A stretch of 64,000 nt of DNA. Source: Mantamonas sphyraenae STR306 (lineage: Eukaryota > Protista > CRuMs). A program made the position numbers and the translations under genes. The first letter of the stretch is position 1, and each line of letters begins with the position of its first letter. The notes below the pieces were generated by a model. It was not told where the DNA came from. It saw nothing but the letters and a program-made list of their open reading frames with translations, and did no database searches. This document shows, one piece after another, positions 47,163 to 57,000 of the stretch. The stretch spans positions 1 through 64,000 of the forward strand of contig JAPMXV010000002.1 in assembly GCA_026936335.1 (NCBI GenBank). Direction: 5' to 3'.

Positions 47163-50100
47163 CTACCTCCCCCCCTGCTCGCGCTTCCAAACCTCCACAA
47201 ACCCATCAAGCTCTCCAAGCCACTCTCCCACCAGCGAACTCGCTTCCAACCGCGCCACCTCCTCCCCACACGACACCACCTGCCCACGCAGCCGATCCAC
47301 ACGGTCTCTTGTCAACGACATCAAGCTCATGCCCAGCAGATACCCGTACCCTCCTTCGCGCCGTCCAAACCCTCGGTGTTCCAGCTCCCACTCTGCGCTC
47401 TCACCGTCCATCCCGCTCAGCACCAGCCGCCCGCTTACAATCTCGTCCACAAACCGCGCCCTGTTCTCCACCTCCACCAGTTTCTCCTGCGCCACACTCA
47501 GTTCGTGTGCACGTCGCTTTTCGTACATCTCCAGCCGCACCTCGCAAAACTCCTCCACCATCTGCCGTGCGCTTCCGTACCGCTTGATCCGCCCCGCTGC
47601 GTCAAACAGGTGCATGTTTCGCGTATGCACCTTGCTCTCCAGCTTCAGTGCTCCCATCAGCGCTTCCTCTTGCCCCTCCTCCACCGCGTTCCGCAGTGTA
47701 ACCTCAAACCGCACGTCGTCCTCGCTGTGGTGCTCGTCAAACTGACGCACCACCCCGTTCTCCCCCTTGGCCATCTCCTTTTCCAGAAACTCCTTGTACG
47801 ACTCTGTCCACCGCCCCACAGGCAGTTCTTCAATCACCACGGCCCGTTCTTTCACACGCCGCACACGCCCTCGGCTCGTCCACGTGCGTGTCGACCCCTC
47901 ATACTCCAGCTCGCCCGTATGACCTCGATACCACGGCTTCAGGCGCTTCATGCTCCTCCCCTCCACCACCGCCGCCACCGCTTCTGCCACCTCTTCCGGA
48001 TGGTGGCATGGCACGTTGCTCGACCAGCCCGTCCCGATCCCTGTGCTACCGTTCATCAACACCAACGGTGCAACACCCACGTACCACTCCGGTTCGATCT
48101 GTTGGCCCTCTTCCTCCTGGTATGCCAGCACTGCGTCGTCCGCCACTGGAAACAGCGCTCGGGCGCTCTCGCTCAGCGCCGTGTAGATGTACCGCGCACT
48201 CGCTGCGTCCTTTCCTCCCTGCAATCGCGTCCCAAACTGTCCAATGGGCCGCAGCAGATTCACGTTGTTGCTCCCTGCATAATTCTGTGCCATGCCAACA
48301 ATCGTCCCGGCCAGCGCTGCCTCTCCGTGGTGGTATGCGCTCTGCTCCGCCACATAGCCAGCAAGCTGCGCCACCTTCATCTCTTCGGTCAGCCGCCGCT
48401 TGAAGCAGCTAAACAGGATCTTCCGCTGGCCCGTTTTCAACCCGTCCACCACACTCGGAATCGACCTCGCCGTGTCCGCCAGCGAGAACTGCACCAGCTC
48501 CCCGTCCACAAACTCCCCAAACGTTCGCTCGCCCCGATGTCTCCACTCCTCCTCCTCCGCCATCCCAACACGCTCGCTCATCCACCGCTTCCGCTTCTCC
48601 GTGGCCTCCTTGCTGAACGCCATCTCGATGCGTCCGTCGTCCCGTTTGCCCTCGTACCGGAACCTGCTCACGTGTCGTCCAAGCTGCCCAAAGTACTCAC
48701 GCGCCTCTTCTGCCGTCGACGTGCCCAACCCCTTGTAGTACTTCACCTTCCACCCGCGCTCCTTGCCCGCTCCGTGTTCAGCCACTCTCGGTATGTCTGC
48801 ATGCTAAAGAACCACTCCTCCTCCCCCTTGGCCCGCCGCGCCTTGACAATGGGCGTCGCAAACTCCTTCAGGAATCCAGGCACACGCAGCAGCGACGGAC
48901 ACAGCCGATGGAACAGATTGATCACCAGACCCTTGATGTGCGATCCGTCGTGGTCCTGGTCCGCCATGATCATCACGCTGCCATACCGCAGCCCACTTAC
49001 GTCTGTGTACGTCTCGCCCGCCTTGATGCCCAGGATCTTTACAATCGCAGAGATCTCTGCGTTCTTGGCAATGGCCGCTGCGCTTGCATCTCGCACGTTC
49101 AACAGCTTGCCACGCAGTGGAAACACCCCGTATGCGTCGCGGCCCACCACGCTCAGCCCGCTGATTGCCAGCGATTTTGCGCTGTCGCCCTCGGTCAGAA
49201 TAAGAGTGCACTCTCCGCTGCGCCGCCCTCCGGCCCAATTGGCGTCCGTCAGTTTCGGGATGCCGCTCAGACGCACCTTTTTGCGTCCATCCATGCGCTT
49301 CAGTGTGTTCTCCTGCTTGAATTTGGACCACGACAACAGCCGCTTCACCACGTCCGTCTCGCTCACCAGCTTGCGCACAAGAGACGCAGGGATTTCACAC
49401 GTCGACCCAAACTCCGACGGCCGCGTCGTCAGCGTCTCCTTTGTCTGCGAGTCGAAGCTCGGATTCTCCACCTGGCAGTTGACAAACACCGACAGCTGAT
49501 TGCGCACCTGTGCCACAGTCAGACTCGTTGCCTCCTCCTTGTGCTTGCGCTTCACATGCGCCAGCAGCGCCTTGGCCACCTGGTCGGCCACCATGTTCAC
49601 GTGTGTGCCTCCCTTCATCGTCCAGATGCTGTTCACGAAACTCATTTGCTGGAACGACCCGGCCTCTGCGCTGACTCCCACACCCACCTGCCACCGGTCA
49701 TTCACACGTGCATGCACTGCCTCATCCGTGTACAGACCCATGTAAGCCTGGAACGAGTCCACCCCGACCCTTTCCTCGTTGAAGAACACTTCCACGCGCT
49801 GGTCAGCCAGTGTGGCCGCCACGTCCAGCACCCGCTTATGCAGCAAATCCACCGTGTCGTCTGTGAGTCCCGACAGGCCAAACTTGGCCCAGTCGGGCAG
49901 GAAGCGCACGCGCGTGTAGTTTCTCCCGCGCCCCAATCTTGCCAATCTCAGCCTCGCTGCGCTCCTGCATGTTGTTGCGAAACACCTGCCGAAACACTTG
50001 CTTGCTCCCCCGCCCGTCTGCCGTTTCCACCTCAAACTGCTGCGAGTAGATGTTTGTCAGCTTGGCCCCGTAGCCGTTCCTGCCTCCCGTCAGCTTGCTC

Positions 50101-50621
50101 AGCGAGTCGTCGTAGTTGGAGCCCGTCAGCAGCTCCCCAAACACCATTTCCGGCACAAACATCCCTGCTTCTCGATGAAACACCACGGGGATGCCTCCGC
50201 CGTCGTTGAACACCTCCAGCCACCCGCTGGTCGCATCGACCCCCACCCGCAGCGTCTTCATGCTCCCATCACGCTGTCGGTGGTCGCATGCATTCACAAG
50301 CACCTCGTCAAACACCTTGTACAGTCCGGGGACGTACTCCACCTCCCGCTCTACCACCGCTGGCGTTTCCGGGCGATTTCGTGTCCGATCCACCACCCAT
50401 AGCCGCTCTCGCCGCCCCTGCACAGACCCAATGTACATGTCCGGACGCAACAAGATGTGTTCCAGTTGGCTCTTTTTCTGGTACCGTGCCTCCACCGCTT
50501 CCTGGCTGCTCTCGTCGCTCGTGTACATGCGCACCGCCCTGAACACCGAGGGGGACCCCTCCTGCCACACACGCACTTGGCCTCCTTGCCTCCTGCACAA
50601 TTGCACCTGCCGTCCAAACAT
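47163..50621 (-). CDS. TOP2: DNA topoisomerase II (eukaryotic type IIA), probably mitochondrial; two apparent frameshifts (~49921, ~48754)
   Basis: EHILLRPDMYIGS, FDEVLVNA, GGRNGYGAKL, FDSQTKE, LILTEGDSA, PLRGKLLN, IMADQDHDGSHIKGL, KYYKGLGTS, DGLKTGQRK, YHHGE and catalytic ASARYI are spread over three consecutive ORFs. Confidence 0.95.
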
Positions 50622-50666
50622 CGCTCACGTGCTGTCCCCCGCTCCGGCAACCAAAACTGAGAAACG

Positions 50667-52079
50667 ATGGTCCGTCCAGCGCTGCTCCTCATCCTGCTGC
50701 TCCTCACCGTCGCCGCCACAGCCCAGCTGCAGCCCCCGTCTTGGCTCCAGCCTGCCCTCGACCTCCAAACAAACATCACCCAACACGCTCCTCTTGACCG
50801 TGCCACCCTCCTCGGCACGCACAACAGCTTCAACAGCATCGCGTACGGAGCGACCTTCAGCAACCAGCAGCTCACGCTCGCTCAGCAGCTCGATCTCGGC
50901 ATCAACATGCTCAACATCGACGTCCACCAGGTCAACAACCTCCTTTACGCTTGCCATGGCTCCAACGAGGTGCGTCAGTACTGTGCAAACGTTGTTGGAT
51001 GGCCGACGTGCAACTCGCTGGGCGTCTATGACTATGGCGCCTCCACAGGCTGCCGCCCGTCTGTCGACCGCCTGTGGAATGTCACCATGGCCGAGATTGC
51101 CACCTGGCTCGACGCACACCCGATGGCAGTCGTCTCCATCCTCATCCAAAACGAAGCCGGAACCAACACACAGCTCGGTTCGCAAATCCGCGACGCCGTC
51201 TCCGCCTCCATCGGCATCATGAACACAACCGACCTCGCAAACGTCTTTCAAGGCAAATGGCCGTCCATGCGCCAGTTGCGCGACTCGGGACGCCGTCTCG
51301 TGGTCTTTGCCGACAAGAACGCCCCGGCGCCGCACATCCTCCCGTCGCCCATCCAGCCCACATTTCCCGCCAACAAGGTTGTCAACATGCCCACGTCTGC
51401 GCCCAACTTTGACACCCAGCCGCCTGCCTGGCAGCAGTACTACGACGATGGCATGAAGATTGGCTCCGTGTACGACGGCGCGGTGTCTGTCGGCCGCTGG
51501 AACGCCTCCCTTGTCCACGACGCCTTCCGCCAGGGGTTCACCTCGCTGTTTGACCTGTGGAACGCCACCATTGCTCCATACGCCGTGTGGGCCTACCAGC
51601 ACAACGACGCTGCCGTGGCACCCAATCCGCCATGCACCTTGCTCGAGGCCGCTGGCCGACGTGCAGGCTCTCTCTACGAGTGCCAGAGCGTCCAGCTGCG
51701 CTTCCCGTGTGTCAACGACACCTCTCGCATCCATTGGGTGTTTTCTGCAAACGCCTCTGCGTCCTCCTGTCCCATGGGCTTCCACGCAAGCGAACCCCAC
51801 ACCGCCTTTGAACAGGCCCTTCTCGTTCACCGCATGGGTCAGCACAGCCACCAGCGCACCGTCCTCTCCTCTCGCACGACACCCAACCCCAACGCGACCC
51901 CAACTCCAACTCCAACTCCGACTCCAACCCCAACTCCAACCCCGAGCCCGTCTCCCACTCCCACCTCCTCGCCCACCCCCACCGCGACACCGGCTGCCTC
52001 CGATGCCACCCACGCCACCCTCGCCACCCTTTCCATCCTTGCAACCACACTCATCGCTGCCATCTCCCTCTCCCTGTGA
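50667..52079 (+). CDS. Secreted, probably GPI-anchored PI-PLC X-domain-like phosphodiesterase with a Cys-containing C-terminal domain and PT linker
   Basis: Signal peptide; LLGTHNSFN...NQQLTLAQQLDLGINMLNIDVH...ACHG motif; (PT)n linker; hydrophobic C-terminal tail with no cytoplasmic part. Confidence 0.8.
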   Translation: MVRPALLLILLLLTVAATAQLQPPSWLQPALDLQTNITQHAPLDRATLLGTHNSFNSIAYGATFSNQQLTLAQQLDLGINMLNIDVHQVNNLLYACHGSNEVRQYCANVVGWPTCNSLGVYDYGASTGCRPSVDRLWNVTMAEIATWLDAHPMAVVSILIQNEAGTNTQLGSQIRDAVSASIGIMNTTDLANVFQGKWPSMRQLRDSGRRLVVFADKNAPAPHILPSPIQPTFPANKVVNMPTSAPNFDTQPPAWQQYYDDGMKIGSVYDGAVSVGRWNASLVHDAFRQGFTSLFDLWNATIAPYAVWAYQHNDAAVAPNPPCTLLEAAGRRAGSLYECQSVQLRFPCVNDTSRIHWVFSANASASSCPMGFHASEPHTAFEQALLVHRMGQHSHQRTVLSSRTTPNPNATPTPTPTPTPTPTPTPSPSPTPTSSPTPTATPAASDATHATLATLSILATTLIAAISLSL

Positions 52080-52117
52080 TGATGAATGAATGGGGATGCA
52101 TTCCTCTTCTGTTTCTC

Positions 52118-53788
52118 TCACCGCCCGCCTCGGTACAGTGGCCTGTGGATACCCACGCCACTGGTTGTGCTCACTCCGCGAAACGTGTACTGGTTGGCTC
52201 GTGCGGTGAGCTCGTTGTGCCTGTTCTTCAACGAGGCCAACGTGTCCTTGAGCGCGTCGATGTCCACCTTGCGTTGCTCATAGTCTTCCAAAAGGTCCTC
52301 AGCACCCACAAGGCCACTCTGCTGCTTGATTCGCTGGTTTTCGCTCCGCAGGTTGTCCCGCTCCTTCTTGATCCTGTTCAGCGTACGCCTGTACTTGCGC
52401 ACCTCGCTGTCCAGCTCCTTCTTCACGTTGCGCAGGCCCTCGTTTTTGCCCTGCACAAACTGCAGCTTCTCTTTGATGTGTGTCAACACCTGCACCGTCG
52501 TCAGCTTCTTCTTGCGCAGTTTGGCAATCTCTTCGTTTCGCTCCTCGATCCGCTCGTTCTGCGTCTGGTTTTCAATCTTCAGCTGCTCATAGTCGATCAA
52601 ATGGTACCCCTTGTCCAACACCTCCTTCTTGTTCAGCTTCTCCTCCAGCGCAGCCATCTCGTTGCGCAGCTCAATGTACTTCAGCCGCACGTTGGACACC
52701 TCCTCCGCATTCGCAAAGTCCCGCTCCTGCAACATAAACAGATCCCTCCGCGTCCAGTTCTCCGCCCGCTTGCCCTTGCGCTTCACTTGGCCCGTAAACT
52801 CCACGTTGTTAAACACCTCCCGTCGCTGCTCCACAATCTGCTCACGCACCTCTTCCGCCTCCGCCTTCAGCTCCCGCAGCTCCGCCACCAGTTCGTACTG
52901 TGCGTTGTCGCTCTTTTCCATCTCTTTCTCCAGCTCCTGCCGTTCCAGATCCACACGCTCCAGCAGCCGAAGGTACCGCGACTCGTCGGCGTCTCCCAGC
53001 TTGCCCGATTCCTGGCGAACGTTGGCGTTGCTCGACGCCATCTGCGACTCGTTTGTGTTCAGGATGCGTTCCACGCGTCGCTGCAGCTCATTGTTCGACA
53101 ACACGAGCTGCTCGTATTCCTGGCGTGCTTTCGCAATGTGTGCCTGCACTTGCTTCTCGTCCAGTCCCGACAGCCCCTCCTGGTAGTCGTCCTCGTCCTC
53201 CTCATCCTCCATGTCTTGTTCGTCCAGGATGTCATCGTCTGTCAATGCTCCATCCTCCTCTCCTCCTCCTCCTCCTCCTCCTCCTCCTTCTCCCTGCTGG
53301 TCCTCATCTGCCTCAGCCTCCTCTTCTTCCTCCCGCCGTGCACGCTCCGCTGCACGCCGTTGCTGTTCCTCAAAGTACGCCTGCGGGTCGTCATACATGT
53401 CCAAATCCACCTCGTCCTCCTCCGCTTCATCCTCCTCCTGCTCCTCTCCGCCTGCCTGTGAACCGGCCGTCGCCTCGCCGCCCTCTTCATCTTCTGCTTC
53501 CTCCTCCTCCTCCTGTTCGCCGCCCTCCTCTCCCTCTTCCCCTTCCTCTCCCTCCTCCCCTTCCTCCGCCTCCTCTGCGTCTTCTTCTCCCTCCTCCCCT
53601 TCCTCTACATCCAGCTCCTCTGCGTCCAGCTCGTCTTGGACCAGCGGCTCCGGCCGCTCCGGCGCCGCTTCGGGTTCGGGCGCCTCGTCTGGCAGTTCCA
53701 TGCTCTCGTCTGCCTCTTCGTGCTCATCCACCTCTTCTCCCTGCTCCATTGCCGCATCTGCATACTCCTCTGGCCGCTCCTCAGACAT
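52118..53788 (-). CDS. CCDC96: Cilia/flagella coiled-coil protein CCDC96 (CFAP184; DUF4201) with a long acidic N-terminus
   Basis: HLIDYEQLKIENQTQNERIEERNEEIAKLR...TVQVLTHIKEKL...LLEDYE matches the DUF4201 signature. Confidence 0.88.
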   Translation of the reverse strand: MSEERPEEYADAAMEQGEEVDEHEEADESMELPDEAPEPEAAPERPEPLVQDELDAEELDVEEGEEGEEDAEEAEEGEEGEEGEEGEEGGEQEEEEEAEDEEGGEATAGSQAGGEEQEEDEAEEDEVDLDMYDDPQAYFEEQQRRAAERARREEEEEAEADEDQQGEGGGGGGGGGEEDGALTDDDILDEQDMEDEEDEDDYQEGLSGLDEKQVQAHIAKARQEYEQLVLSNNELQRRVERILNTNESQMASSNANVRQESGKLGDADESRYLRLLERVDLERQELEKEMEKSDNAQYELVAELRELKAEAEEVREQIVEQRREVFNNVEFTGQVKRKGKRAENWTRRDLFMLQERDFANAEEVSNVRLKYIELRNEMAALEEKLNKKEVLDKGYHLIDYEQLKIENQTQNERIEERNEEIAKLRKKKLTTVQVLTHIKEKLQFVQGKNEGLRNVKKELDSEVRKYRRTLNRIKKERDNLRSENQRIKQQSGLVGAEDLLEDYEQRKVDIDALKDTLASLKNRHNELTARANQYTFRGVSTTSGVGIHRPLYRGGR

Positions 53789-53857
53789 CTGTGCCCGTGC
53801 ACGCCGCGTGTAAGTTGCAACGGTCGTGCAAATCACTCACGCACACGCCCACTTCCT

Positions 53858-53885
53858 CGCACACACGCACACACACACACACACC
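53858..53885. repeat. Imperfect (CA)n microsatellite in a divergent intergenic region
   Basis: cgcacacacgcacacacacacacacacc. Confidence 0.8.
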
Positions 53886-54028
53886 ACCCGATTCCCATCC
53901 TATTCAACAGACACCATGCACACAACCCACGAGGCAACCACGGCCATCCACCTACCTGCAGTTTGAAGTGTTTGAGTTTGTCAAGCCAACGGCCGTGCCC
54001 CGCCGCAGCCAAAACCACACCTCCCGGC

Positions 54029-57000
54029 ATGCAAGACGAAATCGTGCTGCTGGACGACGGCGATGACGGCACTTTGTCCCTGGTCAGCAGCGACACGGCC
54101 ACTCTGGGATCCGTCCTGTACACTGAAGAGGAGCCAGGAGTGCGCAGGTCTGGCGGGCAGGTTTCGCAGCGCTCGGCACTGGCACAGCAGCAATACGTGA
54201 CACGCCAACACCCGTACGAGGGACGCCACACTGTACAAAGCCACGTGGCAAGCGTCGAGGCACCGCAGGCGAGGCAGCAGCCGCAGCAGCAGCAGCAGCA
54301 GCAGTGGGCGTCACAAACTCAGGCTCACGCCTCACGACAACGGCTACAAGCCGCGCTGCCTCTGCAACACCCGTCCATGCCATCGTCGCTCCCGCGAGTC
54401 AAGACAGCATCTGGTGTGCGCACAGGCACACGTCGCACGGCTTCCCGGCGCATGCCCAGTGCACGTGCGTCCAGCAGCGCTCGTGGCAAACGCTCCGTCA
54501 CCGCGCCCGGTCGTGGAGGTCGGCCGCTGCCTCCGGGCGCGTCGGCACGCGAGTCCAGCACACACGGCCGCATCAATGCACACATGAGTGCCGTCTCCTC
54601 AGCGCTGGGGTATGACACGCTGCAGTCTCGCCAACTGAACATCCTCAAGCAGGTGCTGCGCAGCGGCGGCACCGGCCAAGCCTCAGCCAAACTCCAGGCC
54701 CTACGCCAGCAACACTTTCTCGATCGCCTCAAGCACACCGAGTACCAAAACACAGACAACTACGGCATGGATGGTGGGCTGGACACAAGCAGCAGTGGCA
54801 ACAGCAACGGCAGAGGCGTCGTCGGCAAACGCGGCAAACGAATCACAGCCACAAACACCTCCTCCTCCTCCTCATCATCTTCTTCCGGGCGCAGGTTTGG
54901 CCACAGTGTGTTTTCTCGCCAGGCACCTCTGGCTTCGCAGCAGCCGCAGGACGACAACAGCAACGAGGGTGAAGAAGAGGAGCCCGAGGAAGAGGAACTG
55001 GAAGGGGACGAATTGGAGGCACACAGGCGGCAGCGAAAGGAGGCCCAGCCCATCTCTGCAGTTCTGTTGGCCATGCACAAACTCCTCTCAGCGCACAGGG
55101 TGAGCACACAGGACATCTCCACACAATCGCTGGGGGCAGTGGCCCAGGAGCAGCAGATCCTCGACTCGTCGTTTGCCCAGCTGGTGTTGCAGGCACAGGA
55201 AACCAGCCTGGCTCCTATCATGGACCTTCTTCGTCAGCGCTATCACGACCTCTTCCGCTACTCGGTGTTGTACGCCGAGGCCATGCAGAAGCAGCGGGAC
55301 ACCGCACACTCCGTGTCCGACTTTATGCAGACTCGCGACAGCAAGTGGCAACGTATGCTGGGTCAGTTGGAAAAGCACATCGAACGCTGTGCTGATCCAC
55401 GCATGAAGATTGTCTTCAATCGCCTCAAGGCCACCTACACCGCGCTGTTTGAGGTGGAGGTGCACGGCAAACGACGCGAAGAACTGGCTGCCCTTGTGCG
55501 ACAGCAGCATGAAGCCACAGGAGGCGACGGCGAAGCAGAGGACATGAAGGTGGCAAAGTCGGCGGAACACACGCAGGCCATGTCGTCGGGCGAGCTGGAG
55601 ACCGCGGCGGTGGAGATGGAGTTGCAGGCGCTGCAGGATGATCTCAACGAGGCCAACGAGCGCAACGCAAAGATGGAACAGCACATTGGGGAACTCAACG
55701 CGTACGTGGGACAATTGCGTGGTATTATCAACGAGAACGAGGACGACATGGACAAGTACGAGGCGGAAATTGCTCAGCTGCGTGCTGCGCTCACCGAACA
55801 GAATCTGGCTCAGGTCGGTCTGGAGCGAGACCACGCCACACTGCAGGACGAGATGCAAGAGTTGCAGGACCAACTGTCGGCGGCAAACGACAGGCTGGCA
55901 GCCTTTGAGGCCAAGGAAGCCGAGGAGAAGGCCAAGCAGCAGGAGCAGCAGGAGGAGAACAACCGCGAGTTTAAACGCACAGCAGAACAGATGCTGGAGA
56001 TGGTGGGCGACACCACCGACGAAGACTTGCAGGAACTGGCTGTGCAATGGGACGAGGAACGCAGGCAGCTGCTCAATTCGCTGATGGACATGCGGGCGCA
56101 GCTGGAACGCACACAGGGCCGCCGCGCCTCCAAACGCCTGCTGACACGCAACAGCAGCTACGACGAGAACGGACACGAGGCAATGTCGTCCTCCTCCTCC
56201 TCCGCTTCCAACTCCTCGGGTGCAGATCTGCATGTGGGCGACCACAAGCGGGAAATCATGCAGCGGCAGTGGCACACAGAGCGCAAGCTGTTGACCAGCG
56301 AGATGCACAGGCTGCAAAAGAAACTGGACGCCGGGGTCACGGAACGCATGCATCCTCTGGTGGCCCTATGCAACGAACACATCCAGCTGCAGGCTGCGCA
56401 GGGGTTGGGGTCGGCCACAACCAACATGGGGGCAGACGATGCGGACGGGGGAAGAGCAAAGTCGCTGGAGTGGCTGTGTGGCATTGTGGCTGACGTGTAC
56501 ACCGCGTACGGACGTGCGTTTGAACACGGCATTCTGGATCCCAAGGACTCGTTTGCCGTGTTTGTCCACCAGTTCCTCGTGTACAAGTACGTGCGCCGCT
56601 CCGTGGCCGACAAGACAGTGTTGACCATTGTGCAGGCCATTGCCGTACACCGCAAGGACGACCTGTGGATCGACCTGTTTGCACGCGCTCTGGAAGACGA
56701 AGCCTGTCAGCCCCTGCTCCAGTTTGTCCTCATTCTGGTCAGCACACTGGCCGATTGCCACGTGGGTCTGGATTACCCTCCCGACGCCCTTCTCAAGCGT
56801 CCCAGCTGGGTGTCGCTGGAGCGAGCCATCGAGCTGACCGACCATTTGTTCCCCACGCTCAAGAGCAGCACGCTGAAGAATTTTGTGGGCCTGGTCAGCG
56901 CCACGTCGCGGGTGGTGCCCAGCACAGAGGCCATGCTGTATGGTGGAGCTGCGTCAGGTCAGTCGGGCGCCCAGGAGCGACGCATTCCCTTCATTTCCTT

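Noticed and set aside
47163-50621. TOP2 as a pseudogene or viral insert
   Set aside because: All catalytic motifs are intact, the repaired frame has no nonsense codons, and the neighbours are ordinary cellular genes.
51880-51990. ACTCCA/ACCCCA hexamer repeats as interstitial telomere or CRISPR-like array
   Set aside because: They encode the Pro-Thr linker, are not CCCTAA, and have no spacers. The CCT runs at ~4030-4068 and ~53250-53290 are likewise coding poly-Ser and poly-Gly.
53636-54028. N-terminal extension of the 1460-aa ORF
   Set aside because: Non-ATG start overlapping CCDC96 and a CA microsatellite; ATG 54029 is more plausible.
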